Of a DNA stretch of 64,000 nucleotides, positions 1-13,228 are shown in pieces. The notes under the pieces are model-generated. The model saw nothing but the letters and a program-made list of their open reading frames with translations. It did not search any database and was not told the DNA's origin. The stretch is from positions 2,108,001 to 2,172,000 of the forward strand of contig CM120643.1 in the NCBI GenBank assembly GCA_051362555.1, written 5' to 3'. The DNA comes from Lingula anatina (taxonomy: Eukaryota > Animalia > Brachiopoda). Numbering within the stretch: the stretch's first letter is position 1; every line of letters starts with the position of its first letter. The translations under genes were made by a program, and so were the position numbers.

Positions 1-1299
1 AAGGTTGAGGATCGCTTCAAATTTGTACGTTCAAACAGGCTGTGTTACAATTGTCTTAACCCTGGTCATGTTGCACAGAAATGCGGTTTAAAAAGAGTCT
101 GTTCAGTTCCAAACTGCGGAAAAAGACACACAAAATTTCTCCACATGCCAGTGCCAGGTTTCCAAAGAGGAGTCGCAACTAACACACCACAGAGCACCTC
201 TAACACAACCCAAGGTAGCAGTGGTTACATAGGTCAAGTATCCCATCCAAGCAACATGATGAGCCATAACAGAGTTGTTTTACCCATAGTTCCTGTGACA
301 GTCAGAGGAGTCGACTCTCCAATTGAGGTAACAACATATGCTCTTCTTGATAGTGGATCTACCCATTCATTTTGCTCTGTCGAACTATGTAGAAGGCTAC
401 AGATTAGAAGCACCACCAGCACCACTATGTCATTAACCACACCTGAAAGGGCCAACAGTAAAGCGGAGGCTTCAGTGGTGAGCTTGGAAGTCAAACAAGT
501 TGGAGGAAGTGATAAAGTGTTACTACCACGTGTATTCACCAGAACACGGCTGCCAGTCAACATAGAACACATGGCAACACCCACAGGCATAAGGCAGTGG
601 TCACACCTCAAGGATCTGCAAATACCGCCTGTAGATGTTAAGGATGGACCAGTGCCAATGGACAACTGCCAAGCCAGGACAAAGGAGCCTAAAGTGACAT
701 CAAACCTTCTACCATTAGAAGATCAGGTCGCAAAATTTTGGAAAGTTGAAGACATAGATGATCTTACTGATGAGAAGGCCATGTCATACAATGATAAGAA
801 GACACTAAGTATGTGGGAAGAAACCTTGCAGCAGAATGAAGATCTTCATTATGAAGTTTCTATTCCATTCAGAAAAAAGACCACCAACATTGTCCAATAA
901 TCTTCAGATAGCCCAGCAGCGACTAGGAAATCTGCAGAAAAAGTTGACAAAAGACCCAGTTTTGAAACAAAACTATTGTTGCTACATGAAAGATATGTTA
1001 GAATGTGGATATGCAGAGAAAACACCTTTCTCAACTGAACAAAATGACATGCCTACTTGGTATTTACCTCACCATTCAGTGATAAATCCCAGAAAACCAG
1101 AGAAAACAAGAGTTGTATTTGACTGCTCAGCAAAATACAAAGGGACTTCCTTGAATGAACAAGTATACCAGGGGCCGGATCTAACTAACAGTCTACTAGG
1201 AGTCCTACTTAGACTCAGAGAAGAGCCAGTGGCAATAATGGCAGACATACAGTCCATGTTCCATCAAGTAAAAGTTCCCCCCAGTGAGAGAAGTGTGTT

Positions 1300-1302
<3 letters not shown>

Positions 1303-1362
<60 letters not shown>
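1303..1362. repeat. 60-nt poly-T tract inside the RT coding sequence
   Basis: 60 consecutive T at the S-F-L-W-W motif; reads in frame as poly-Phe in ORF 836..1666. Confidence 0.95.
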
Positions 1363-1365
<3 letters not shown>

Positions 1366-2469
1366 GTGGCCAAATGGAGACTTGTCTCAACCAGCTGTAG
1401 ACCACAGAATGACAGTACATTTATTTGGTGGTACATGGTGTCCCAGCATTTGTAGTTTCGTCCTCAGACATACAGCTGAAGTGAACCAGACTGGTTGTGA
1501 TGAATCAGTTGTGGAAACAGTCAAGAAAAATTTCTACGTAGACGATTGCCTAAAGACACTACCAGACGTGGAAACTGCAGTGAAGTTCATTCCCCAGTTA
1601 TGCGAGTTGCTAGAATCTGGATGGTTTAAACTTAGTTTAAACTTAGTGGATGAGCAACAAACATGAAGTCTTGGAATCTATCCCAGTCCAAGAGAGAGCC
1701 AAAGGGGTTGAAGTCAACCTCAGTCAACAAGCGTTACCTACAGAGAGAGCTCTAGGTGTTTATTGGAATGTTGAAGAGGATGTTTTTGTTACAAGATTGC
1801 TCTTAAAGAGAAACCTTTGACGGGAATAGGTATTTTGAGTATGGTCAGCAGCATATTTGATCCCTTAGGTTTTGCCAGTCCATACATTTTGCAGGCAAAG
1901 AAGATTCTACAAGAGTTAACCAGACAGAAATTACAGTGGGATGAACCAATACCAGACCAGGAGAGAGAGAAGTGGTTGAAATGGCACAGTAACCTAAAAA
2001 AGCTCGAAGAAATGAAGATCAATAGATGTGTGAAATTCTCAGTTGACACAGACATAGTTGATCATTCTTTACATTTCTTTTCTGATGCATCAGAAACAGC
2101 ATATGGAACAGTAGCATATCTTCGCACCGTCTGCAAAGATAGAGTACATTGTTGTTTATTGATGGCCAAATCAAGACTAGCACCAATCAAGAAAGTGACA
2201 ATACCAAGACTAGAGTTAATGGCAGCGACATTATCAGTGAAATTAAACCACGTGATACTCAAGCACATTGACTTCAGAGTTTCAGAGTCTGTTTTTTGGA
2301 CAGATAGTGCAACAGTACTCAGATACATAACCAATGAAGACAATCGGTACAAGACCTTCGTGGCCAATCGAGTGACAGTAATCAGAGAAGGTTCACAGCC
2401 GAACCAGTGGCACTATGTGGATTCCAAAAGCAACCCAGTGGATGACGTTTCAAGGGGACAAACAGCAGA

Positions 2470-3153
2470 CCGGTTTCACAAAGCAGTAGTTAGTTAGCGA
2501 TCGGTAGTTAGCCTCTCGCTAGTTAGAGTGCCGTTTCACGAAGCAGTCGCTAGTTCTCTCGCTCGTTATTGTCTCGTTGTTGCCTTGGATATTTAACGAC
2601 TGGTCAGACCAGTCGCTAACTCTAGAGTTTCATCGTACGCATGCGTAATGAGTGAAATAAAAAGGTTGCTTAGTTACCGTTGTCTGTCGTTTGTCTTTGT
2701 ATTCAATATGGCGGCTACTTTTCTTGCTATCCGTACCGCCAGACGGCAACGTAGACTACGACGTTTTCATGAAAGGCAGAATCTATTAGAATATACACAC
2801 GATGATGCAATTTACGAGAGGTTGCGCCTAGCTGTGACAAAAAGAGCGGCAAAAAGGTGGTGGAGATCCTTTACGACGACCTCAAAGCAGACGTTCTTAT
2901 GCATTTCCAGCCACCAAAAATTGGAGAGTAAGTGCTTTCGTGACACTTTTACGCAAGAGTTCCACTTCCTGCAGACGGTTTCGAGACTACGGTGAGTAAC
3001 GAGAGAACTAACGACCGAACTTTACGACTGAACTTAGCGATGAGTTAACGACTGCTTTGTGAAACACCCCTCGAAAATCGCTAAGTTTGCTCGTTAGCGA
3101 GGTAGTTCAGTAGTTAGTTGTTGTAACTAACTACTGCTTTGTGAAACCGGCCC
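2470..3153 (+). mobile_element. Non-autonomous PIF/Harbinger derivative nested in the BEL element
   Basis: 27-bp perfect inverted repeat CCGGTTTCACAAAGCAGTAGTTAGTTA (2470-2496 and 3124-3150). Right end continues ...CCGGCCC-CAG, a Harbinger-like terminus. Internal MAATFLAIRTARRQRRLRRFHERQNLLEYTHDDAIYERLRL resembles the N-terminus of Harbinger/HARBI1 transposases. Confidence 0.75.
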
Positions 3154-5024
3154 CAGGACAATTCGTAAAGTATTAAGTGGAGTCATGAGAGAGCAGACCT
3201 TAGATGACGAAGGACTCTCTACACTTATGTGCACAGTGGAAAGCATAGTGAACAGTCGACCACTAACATATGTCTCAGATGATCCCAGAGATCCAGAACC
3301 GCTATCACCCAATCATTTGCTCCTTTTACGTTCAGGACCAACACTTCCACCTGGTAGATTTCAGAAGGAAGATATGAACAGTCGTGAAAGATGGCGTCAC
3401 ATACAGTATCTTGCTGATTTGATTTGGAAACGTTGGGTGAGAGAATATTTGCCATTATTACAAAGCAGATAAAAGTGGATGACTGTAAGACGTGATATAC
3501 ATCTGAGACATATATGTGATGTTGTTTTAATTGCAGATAACACTCCAAGGAACATGTGGCAAATTGCAACAGTCATTAAAACTTTTCCAGGGAGAGATGG
3601 ACATGTAAGATCTGCAGAAGTACAAACTGTCAACACAACTTTGATTAGGCCCATAACCAAGTTGTGCTTATTGGAAGAGGTCACAGAATGCAGAACTGTG
3701 TGATTTATAGACTTTAGAGACTGTTTCATTACTTTTGTTTTATTATGGTTTATTCAGAGACTATGATAACATATGTTAATTGAATTTCAGTTATTATTCA
3801 GTTTATGTTAAAGTCAGAGACTGTCATAACAATGGATTTCATTCATGGAAAGGATATTCATGGAGGACATTTAAGACATGGAAAGTGATCAATGAGGACA
3901 ATAATTCATGGAGGTTACCATGAAGGACATTGGATAAAGTGACAGTAATTAAACAGTGGACATTGTGTTACTTAGTTTAAGATTGACATTTAAGGAGTAT
4001 AGTTAACTTAAGATGTACCATATACAGTAGTAATAAAAATTAAGTTTCCGTTGTACGACGTTTTAAAAACGTCAGAAACGTTTTAATCCCTATCCTATGA
4101 ATAGAAGGGGGCGGACAAACAATGGAGAGCCGTCTAATCCCTTCAAAATTCGAACGCCAAAACACAATAGTTTAGACGTAATAACACGCAATACCTTAGG
4201 CGAGTGAACCCCATGACGCCGGTTTCTGTGGTCCAGCGCGAGCGCGACAATCGGCTGTAACTAGGTGTAATTAACAGCAGGATACATCAGCCAGAAGGTA
4301 CCCATTGTTTGTTGTGGTGATATGATTATGGCTTTAAGAAGCTAGAACCCATGCTAACGCGTGCCACTAAACCGTCTCCCGTGGCGAACTATCATTATGT
4401 TTAAAGTGTTGCAAGAAAACTGCAAGTATAATTTAGTATCAGTTATTTAATATAATATGAAGTGTTCCGTAGTCAAAATTGAATTTGTTTAACATGCATC
4501 AGCATCGTGCATCAGCTTGATCAACAAATCACCCCGTCTCAAAAAGTTTAAAGATGCTCCGTACATAAATTCGCGCCCTGTGTAAAAAAGAAATTACAGT
4601 TTAGAAATAACAAAGAAAGAAACAGTATTAAAACAATTTATTCATATAACAAGCTGACGTGTTGCCTCAATTAAGTCACATTTCATATAAAATAATTCAA
4701 GCCAATCCGTAAATTTAAATAATAGAAAAACTTAATAACTAAATAAATAAATAAAATTTGACATAAGTCCATGGGGATTTTTCGGTAACAGGTCCACTTT
4801 TTCAGAAAAAGATCCCCCCCCCCCCTTTGAAATTGTCAGCAGGGCTTTAGGTTTAACAGTCTAAGATTTATTCAATATGGGCAGTTAACTTGGACCAGTC
4901 TTGTTTCATTTACTTTGCGAATGAAAGTCTCCGTCGTTAACGTAAATTTCCAATATAATTTTACATCACTTATCTGATTTAACAATCTTATTGTTTAGGT
5001 TTTGTTTAAGGTTGTATAAGAACA

Positions 5025-5627
5025 GATAATGATCGAGTTTAACAATAGATTGAGGGCTATAGTAAGTCCCTCCTCTTTGGGCGATGTCTAAGACTGTTAA
5101 TTCAACATACATAAACATGTAGTGTGACCACACTGTCAGCCATCCCCCTTGTTGCACGTTGCAAGCAATTTGTCTCATAACTATGACAAGGCGTTCTTTT
5201 TTCTCGTTGTTGTTTAAAAACGGACCACTTTGTCAAGGCTAACTGCTTAGCTCTTTGCGCGTCATATGTACTTAGCTCTTTGCGCTTCATATGTAAACGC
5301 TAAGATATGAATGTTATACTGGGTAGTTGATTGTTTTGCCCGGGCGCCGCGCTTATGCTTTCTTACTAGAGCGATCTAGAACAAGTCGCTAGTTTGCCCT
5401 GTTTGTAACTGTAGCAAATATGTTCGACATGCCGTTTCTGCACGACAGCCGGAGACACAGTAATTGTATAAGGCATGGTTTAAGCTTGTTCGAGAGATAA
5501 TAACAGTCGCGTTTAACAAAAGATAGTAAGACCCCCTCCTCTTTAACTGATGTCTTACACTGTTAATATTGACCGCACTTTCATATATTATGTAATACAC
5601 TGTCAGACTTTCCCCTGTTGCACGTTG
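5025..5627. repeat. Pair of diverged ~135-bp direct repeats (about 5025-5161 and 5495-5627)
   Basis: Shared co-linear words GTTTAACAA, ATAGTAAG, CCCTCCTCTTT, GATGTCT, ACTGTTAAT, CACTGTCAG, TGTTGCACGTTG. Confidence 0.7.
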
Positions 5628-8600
5628 GTGTTGGATTGTACTTGTGCCTCTGTCAATGCACCTCATTTAGTTTAATTTTTTTTTACCGCATAAACCTTTA
5701 TGGTTTAAAGTAATTAGTTTAGTAGTAGGAATAGGATGGTTGGACAAAAAGCTTCTAGTCAACTGGCTTAGACCTAGGGTGTGATGCTGTTATCATCCGA
5801 GGAAACACCTACACTGAATCCTCTTCCTGAAATCCCCCTAGCTGAAACAAAAAATGCCCCTTGAATCGGTCCATTTTTAAAGCGTCGAATCATTTTTGAT
5901 ATCATTGAGCGTCTTTAAAAAAAAGCTTTTAAGTGACAAAAACAGAACCGTGTGGTGATTGTATATTAAAGCGTAGGTTTATTCATCATGATCTATTTTG
6001 TAAACAATACTTGCCTAGATTTTACTTGGATTAATCATCGTCACTGTTTGGCTACTCGCCTATAATGCGTGCTGAACGACAGACAACTTATAAATATTAT
6101 ATGTGTTACTGTGTATATAACCAAGTTAAAATAGAACAGTGTCGGTGATTTAATCCATCGAACACATTTATATTTCTAATTTTAAAACCAGTGTTAGGTT
6201 TACATCAAGTCAAATTAAGTAAACCTAAGTAAATTAAGCCTGTTTCTAGTTCATCCACGCTGTAAATGCATGAAGGATAACAAGTCTCCGTAGCCAATTA
6301 ACTTTCACAATGCCCTGTGCTTTAGAGTCCCATGTTATACAAGAAAATAAATATGGCCTGAGAGAAATATAAATATGAGGCCGTGTATGAAGATGTTTCA
6401 AATAATAAAAATCAAGAATTTAAACATGTTAGGTACATGCACATCACTTAATAACTCATTTCACAAAAATGTCATCTAATTTTTCAGATAAACCTCCACT
6501 TTTATCGATCTCAACGCCTTGTCTGATGTTTACATGTAGGCGGTATACTATAATATTATTTGCGAACAATATCAACAGCGACTTGATATCGTTGCCTGTT
6601 TTTCACACTTTTAAACAAACTCATGAAGGGTTAATAAAAGGATTCGCGTTGCGACATCTATCTCTTTCTTTCGAACAAGCAAATTAAGGGCTGACCCGAA
6701 GTAAGCTTTCATAACTAATTTCTCTTTGACTGTACAAGGGTATATTGTAATTACTCCACTTGGTCGCCTCCATTGTCTTGTAACAGTGACAAAGAATGTT
6801 TTCACACGCTAGTTTACATAACTCCTTTGCCTTGTGTCTTTATCAAGGTTATAATCAGTTTGAATAGGTTGTCTTGCCTCACTTAAAAAGGGAGTTGTTC
6901 TTCACACTGGTTTTTGCCTAACTTAAGGTAACCTACTTTGTACAAATATGGTTTTAATAAATCGCCAAAATCATAACACTAGTGAACATTGTGTATCAAA
7001 CGTTTTGATACGATTAAATAAATGTGCAAGAAGGGTTACAGAATGAGTTACTATTTACCTCCCCCCCCCACGCCCCCCCCCCCAAAAAAAAAGCTCTTTT
7101 GATTTCGAAATGAATTTGTTTTTAACGCAAATAAGTCCAATACCCCTTTCACGTCTCAGTCATTGTACAGCATGTTGTAATCGATATCTAAAAAGTTAAT
7201 TTTTGTACCCCGCCTTTCAGTGTTTATTGTGGTGCTTAATTGCTTTCATCGGGGACACTGCCTGTTGAGGTTACAATTACGTCGCTAGCCAATCTTCATA
7301 GGTTACTGGAATATATCTAAGTACACATAAAGCTTTGTAAAGTCTCTTTTGTCACACATCATAGTTATTGAATTTTGTCTTGAATGAAAAAATACCCTCA
7401 AATTATCGTTTTGTGCTTAAACATTTCATAACTTGAACCGAAGTTTGATATACAGTGTACTGTAGCTACAATGACATTCCTCAAGTTCGGTCTGCTGGGG
7501 GAGGGGGGCATTCAAATGATAAACGAAGAAGTCCAGCTGTAAACAGCAGCGGTTTAAATGATCGCTATCTCGGTTCCTTTTTCTTTGACAGCACCATTGA
7601 AAATATTAAGGGAGAAAGTCACACATACCCACGGCGTTGCTTTGTCTTCAACATTTCCTCCTTCCTGCTTACTGCAATTATTATCGTCAATTAATGAAAC
7701 CGAGAAAGCAATTAAATGATGGCACATCGAATATAATCACTAGGTGCATTTCGCTGAGTGTAAACAAGATCTAGCGAAACATTTTATTTCAAAATAAATT
7801 TATATGTGATTTTACCTCTGTCGTTTGTTTTATTTCAAACAAAACGATTTCCTGAAAGACCAACTTTAAAATGTATGTCTATTCAGCAAAAGAATGTAAT
7901 TTAATACAACTATGAGTAATGTATTTAAACTACGGCCGTACAATGTATATGCAATGGCCATGTGGGATTATAATTGCATACCTTGATGCAAAACAGTCTA
8001 TCGTTTCTCCCACCGCGAGTCCCTTTAATTAATGTATTGTTTTACTCTTTACCCTTTTTATTTGACACTGTCTCTGTTTATCTCCCCTTTTCCTTTCTTT
8101 TGTAAGAAGGAGGGCAAATAATTAAGCATTCAAAATATGCATCACCAATCTTCAGAAAAGAATGAGTGAATGAACCATTGGGCTGGCCCACAACGTCCGA
8201 CACAGCAGAATAAATTAAATAACAGCTTTCACAGATTTAACTGCAGTTAGCTGTATAGTGTCACTATATACATAATCCGCTGCACGCGCGAAGCTGTTGA
8301 ACAAAAGGATAGTTTTCTATGGAAGACCTTTTGTTTACATAAGTACTCTAAGGGGGCGTGCCTACCCAGGCGACAAGGGGATTAGGCTAGTAACTATATT
8401 CCGTCAGAATCGTTTAGCGACCCTATCATTATCACACTCCCTCTATTGTGTTTTCTGACGTTATAGTTGTATCTAATCTTCTTATGGTAGATGGAAAAAA
8501 TGCACACATAAATAATATTAGGACTGTAACTGATATGTTTATGTTATAAAATGTACTTCATACAAAGAGAGTTAAGTTCTGTCCTTTAGAAGTATATTAG

Positions 8601-9269
8601 GTAAATGTTCGTTTTATAATCTCACATTTAAGGGGCCGGTGTAAAGGACATTACCTGACACCCCTACTGTTTAATGTAGTCCACTTATCACCCCTATCAA
8701 TAATAGACACTGCCACCAAGCATGAGCAGTTGATTACACAGAAAGCTTAGATGCAAGCAGTTGAATTATATGCAGACATCCAAGAAGTTAGAAATTTGGC
8801 ATACAAAAGAGGACAAAAAAATTGTAAGTTTCATTTACTTTACTTTAATACAACTGCCATTGTTACTATCAAATTCATATTGACTTCAAATTTAGTTTTA
8901 GGTAAATATATTGTGGTATTTACAAGTCTCAGTAAAATTTGGGTGTGGACTCGTGGATAATTTCAAAAGAAGTGTCATTTTTCTTTATTATTTAATGTAT
9001 TCACTTTATTAATATTTATTTATCTGTTTGTTTCTTTATATCTATATATATAATGTGCTCTAGGGTTTTTGTCAGTTATTTAAGCAATTTTTATTGTATC
9101 TTATTTTACAGATTTGAACCATACACACATAAGTATCGTCACACAAGTTTGTGTAAAGAGACAATAAATCAACCGTATGAGTGCAAATACAGTCTTCTCT
9201 TTTGTATTGGAGTGTCACGCGTCACAACAATGATAACAAAAACATAACCCTCTTGTTGGAGGAAGTCTA

Positions 9270-10530
9270 AAGCGCAAGAAAAATAATTAAGTAATAATTG
9301 ACAATAATTAACAATTTCATTGGCCTCTTTTTCAGCTATCCTGAAAATTTTATCAAAATCTATCCACAATATATTAATTAATTAATGGGCCCCTACCAAA
9401 ATTTAACCACACCTTCCTTGGTCAATTTGCGTCCAATATTGTATCCTGTAAGTTTCATCAACATCTGTATACACTTAATTAATTGACTAGCTAATTTATT
9501 TATTTACTCATTAAGTGAATAATGGGTCATCACAAAAATACAATTATTTCTTCTATGGGACATTTGTGACCTTTCCCGGAAATTCTAGTAAAATCCGTCC
9601 ATTACTTTTTGCGTACCGCTGTCCACTGTGAAACAAAGAAGCAAACAAACAAATAAAATTGCTAATAAAGCAAAGGATTGCTAAATAATATAACATATAT
9701 AAATGACTCTCACATGCATGAAAACATATTGCAACAACATAGGTACGATATAGTGAAGAACGAGAGTAAAATAAAAATTCCCTACGTACACCTGGCTAAC
9801 CTCTGACCATGAGCTGGGTTACCCATCTTATGTCACCCTAGAGCAATTAGTATATTATAAATCCATCCCCTTATTACGTCTAACGATTACAAAAAGTGTG
9901 CTGTCAACAGTTTGTTGACAAGTGTAAACATTTTCCTGGCACTTTTTTTCGGACAGGTATTGAAAAATGTGTTGCTTTATACAGTATAACGCAAGGGCAG
10001 CTTACCAGTTGTAAAGAACGAAATATGTAAATTAACTAGATGGTGTTAATTGGTAGCCATTGCAAATTAATATACAGAATCTGGAATCCCCCGAAAGGGG
10101 ATTCCAAAGTAACATACATACAAGAATACCAAGTAGAACTGAGTGCACACTTTAAAAGCTGTACACATCAGAAGGATCAAAATCAAAACCTGAATACGCT
10201 GTTGAGTGATGCACATATACATGTAGCTGCCACTATTTCTGAAGCCAGGCAGTACTGCAATGGTGTTTCCGGTATTTCTTTCCAAGACTACCCAATTCTC
10301 ATTATTATAAATTAATCATTAATCAAATCATAGGTACAGATTCAATATAAGACTTTGCTCTTAACTGTTCACTCTTTGCTGGGGACATACATCAAAACAT
10401 AAACAAACAAACAAACAAACAAACAAACAGACTGACCAACATATCTCAAAATTGAAGTTCAAAGTAACAAACGATGGACAAAACTAATTAAGGCTACAAA
10501 AACTAACTTCTCCGCTGTAGGGGGTAATAA
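9270..10530. mobile_element. Decayed Helentron/DINE-1-like non-autonomous repeat remnants
   Basis: AAGTTTCATCAA and ATCCGTCCATTACTTTT words, CAAA microsatellites (~9642 and 10401-10428) and a hairpin at 10082-10106. Boundaries approximate; probably more than one fragment. Confidence 0.35.
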
Positions 10531-10709
10531 TGGGAATACATTGGGCATCGTTATTAGTGTCAATTATATGACAACCATGTATACATCAAGTACAAAATTT
10601 AATGTGACTAAATTTTCACGGGACGGTGCAATTCTTACCTTTTGGGAGCAGTATACTAAGTGACTTGAGAGAGAGAGAGAGTGAGAGTACAAAAATTAGT
10701 TAAACCTAC

Positions 10710-10984
10710 CGTTATATTGTACAGTCCAGCTGGATCTGGATTCTTTTTGTACTCGATGATCACGTAGTGATCAAAGATCTTGAATTTCACTGCTGACAGA
10801 CGAGTCTTCGGACCTCCATCAAAGAATTCATGTTTCGTCATTATATACCAAAACCAGCTATTTAGGGGCCTTGCCATTATACCTATATCCCAGGGCCAGG
10901 TGTCAAATCTGAAGGCCAGCCCATCTAACGTAACATAGCGGATATCACCATGCGCATGGCAATCTTGGACCACGGTAAGGGGGA
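10710..10984 (-). CDS. Exon 2 of secreted single-VWD-like protein, copy 1
   Basis: Acceptor TTTTTCATTCAAG| at 10985 and donor |GTAGGT at 10709; phases 1 and 0 as in copies 2 and 3. Encodes FPLTVVQDCHAHGDIRYVTLDGLAFRFDT...HEFFDGGPKTRLSAVKFKIF. C-x3-GD-x2-Y-x-TLDG is the VWD N-terminal signature. Confidence 0.8.
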
Positions 10985-13228
10985 CTTGAATGAAAAAGGA
11001 ACACTGGTTTGGATACATTCCAGTACCTCCATTAAAGATCTCACTAAAGGTGAATGCATCCGATACGCAAGAAACAATCGAAATGTGAATTTTCAAAAAA
11101 AAAAAAATGTGAAAAGCTTTGTAACCGATGGTATAAAAATATGTTGCCTGGAATACTTTTCTAAAACCTACAAACATCAACAAACACATATACATGTGGT
11201 GTTCATTAAGTTCTGTGGTGAGTTAAAGGTCACCCACTTATGGCAAAAAGTTAAAAGTTAATAGCTTTTCTACCGAATACAGTTCTGGCAAGGCGCTTAG
11301 ACGCTTAAAATAGACCTTTTAGCTCGACGATTATTCAGTCAAAATGTTTCGAAGGTGACTGTAAGTTTATAATTGATGAGAGAAATAAACTGAATATTTT
11401 GGCAGCGGTAGGTAGTTTTCATTTATATTTAAGTTAAAACATTTATATTGAAATGGAATAAAAAAAAGAGGGATTGTATTTAAGAGGAACAAAAAGAGGA
11501 ATATAACACCCTCCGATGCGTAGGCCTACTGTGAAAACCGTGCAAGTTTATACGTTTATACTTTTAAAACAGTTATTTCCTTTGTGAACGATTGTAGATC
11601 GACCCTAATTTGGGTGCACAGCTGGGTGCATAGCGGAATGTCTCGCTTCTTTTTGTTGCCAACTTACTGTTATGATTAGCTTATCTGTATTTGACTTGAC
11701 GCCGGGAGGGGGCGTGGCAATCTTTTCAACTGATTACACTCGTATTTTGGTATGAATCTCTCAGGCTATTGTAGCGTCGAGAGAACATCTGGACAGTCAA
11801 ACATACAGGATCGAAGGTGTATACTTAGGTCTTATCAACTGGTCAGTTATGCATACACTCGGCTTAATTCAACTTCGCTGAGATCAATCAGATTGATTGC
11901 TTGACACCATGACTTTTCGGGCAGCTATAGGGGTGATCAATTATCGAGTGTGCTCTGCCACCGGAAACTTTTTCAATTCGTTTTGAGTTTCGAGTTACAG
12001 GCTACTTATTCTCGCTGCATAGTGCGTAAAAGAAATGGAGATTGCGCGCTCGACAGGGCCAAATGGTATATATGCCTCACAATTTAAAGATTAAAGTCAA
12101 ATCTAGGGGAGAGTGGGGTCGAGAAAAATTGGCAGACTTTAGCGAGTGTGGTATAAAAGCTAACGTTAACAGCATTTATCAATTGATCTTTTCTGTTTGT
12201 TTTCTCTAAAGTTCCATCGAATGTGAAATCATCTGACTGCAGAGTATAAAACAAGATACAAATTTATATATCCGTGTGTATGTGTGTGTCTCACATTTCG
12301 GTGTATATTACTGTCTCCTGTTTTCTTCCATTAATGTGTGGGCTGAAATTCTTAATTTATATAATATTTGTCGATATTTTAGTGAATTATCATTTACCCA
12401 AGTCATGCAGCAAGTAAAAGGCATTTGTCATGTTTGTCTACAAAGGACATTTTGATGTAACATCTAACACAGTCCTGATTTAAGTTTATAGTGTAACTTT
12501 CTTTCTTAAAATGAAATTTGTCGGCAACATGTTAAATTTGTTTCGTTACAAGAATTGCAGCTTTACAAATTTTACGTAAAACACACTTTTGGGAACTTAA
12601 ACTCTTTACCCAGTTCCCCATAATATACATCTGTAATAGATGACCGACGCGTTAGATGACCAAACTTGTTGAAAGTTGCAGCCGAATACTATTTTTCTGT
12701 TTTTGCCTACACACACACAGAAAAAAAGGGTACAGCGTGCACAGAAATGTACATAACCTTCTTTGATTTTGTAGAAGCTAAGTATTGGCAACGCATAAGT
12801 ATTAAGTCCCCAAGGCCTGTCCAGAAATTGAGAACTGTCAGTTCTTTAAAGACCATGGGCATAGGGTTCTTTAATAATTTGATCGTCTTTTGTAATATAT
12901 ATATATATATATTTTTTTTAATATGACTCTTAAAACAAATAAATACCTTATCTGAACCAACTATTATCTTTGATGTTTAAACAAAAGGAGTTGCAAAATG
13001 TATCTTTTTTGTCTATTTTCAAGTTAAAAAAACATCATTACACGTAATGATTTGCTTCGGAAATGATAACAGTGTGTAGTATCAGAGATCTACTCACTAC
13101 ATTATACTCTCGTTTTGGTAATTTTAGTACACAGGCACTTTAAAAGGCAGTCTAGGTTAAGTCTTCAACGATAAATCTTCGTTTTCTTATTCAGTCACGT
13201 TTGCAATATTAGTGAAAATGCAACTTAC

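Larger units (their letters stand above)
1..3703 (+). mobile_element. BEL/Pao LTR retrotransposon gag-pol remnant (degenerate, 5' part outside window)
   Basis: Frame 1 from base 1 gives Gag knuckles CYNCLNPGHVAQKC and CSVPNCGKRHTKFLH. Then protease ALLDSGS, RT (YLPHH, RVVFDCSAK, GPDLTNSLLGVLLRLR, ADIQSMFHQV, FYVDD), RNase H (FSDASETAYG, TIPRLELMAA, FWTDS, NPVDDVSRG) and integrase C-terminus (VNSRPLT, PLSPNHLL, WKRWVREYL, RPITKLCLLE). Frameshifts near 885, 1630 and 1790; stop at 3470-3472; integrase core missing; no 3' LTR recognised. Confidence 0.95.

Noticed and set aside
2648-2995. 115-aa ORF as a host gene
   Set aside because: Lies inside the Harbinger-derived TIR element; only a truncated transposase N-terminus is recognisable.
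3704-4120. 3' LTR and polypurine tract of the BEL element
   Set aside because: No convincing PPT followed by TG...CA, and no second LTR in the window to compare.
10040-10315. Exon 3 of gene 1
   Set aside because: No GxCGxxNG motif, no similarity to exon 3 of copies 2 or 3, and no good acceptor; the region looks repeat-derived.
11222-12140. Kolobok-like element in intron 1 of gene 1 (TTAAAGGT start)
   Set aside because: No matching right TIR with TTAA could be found.
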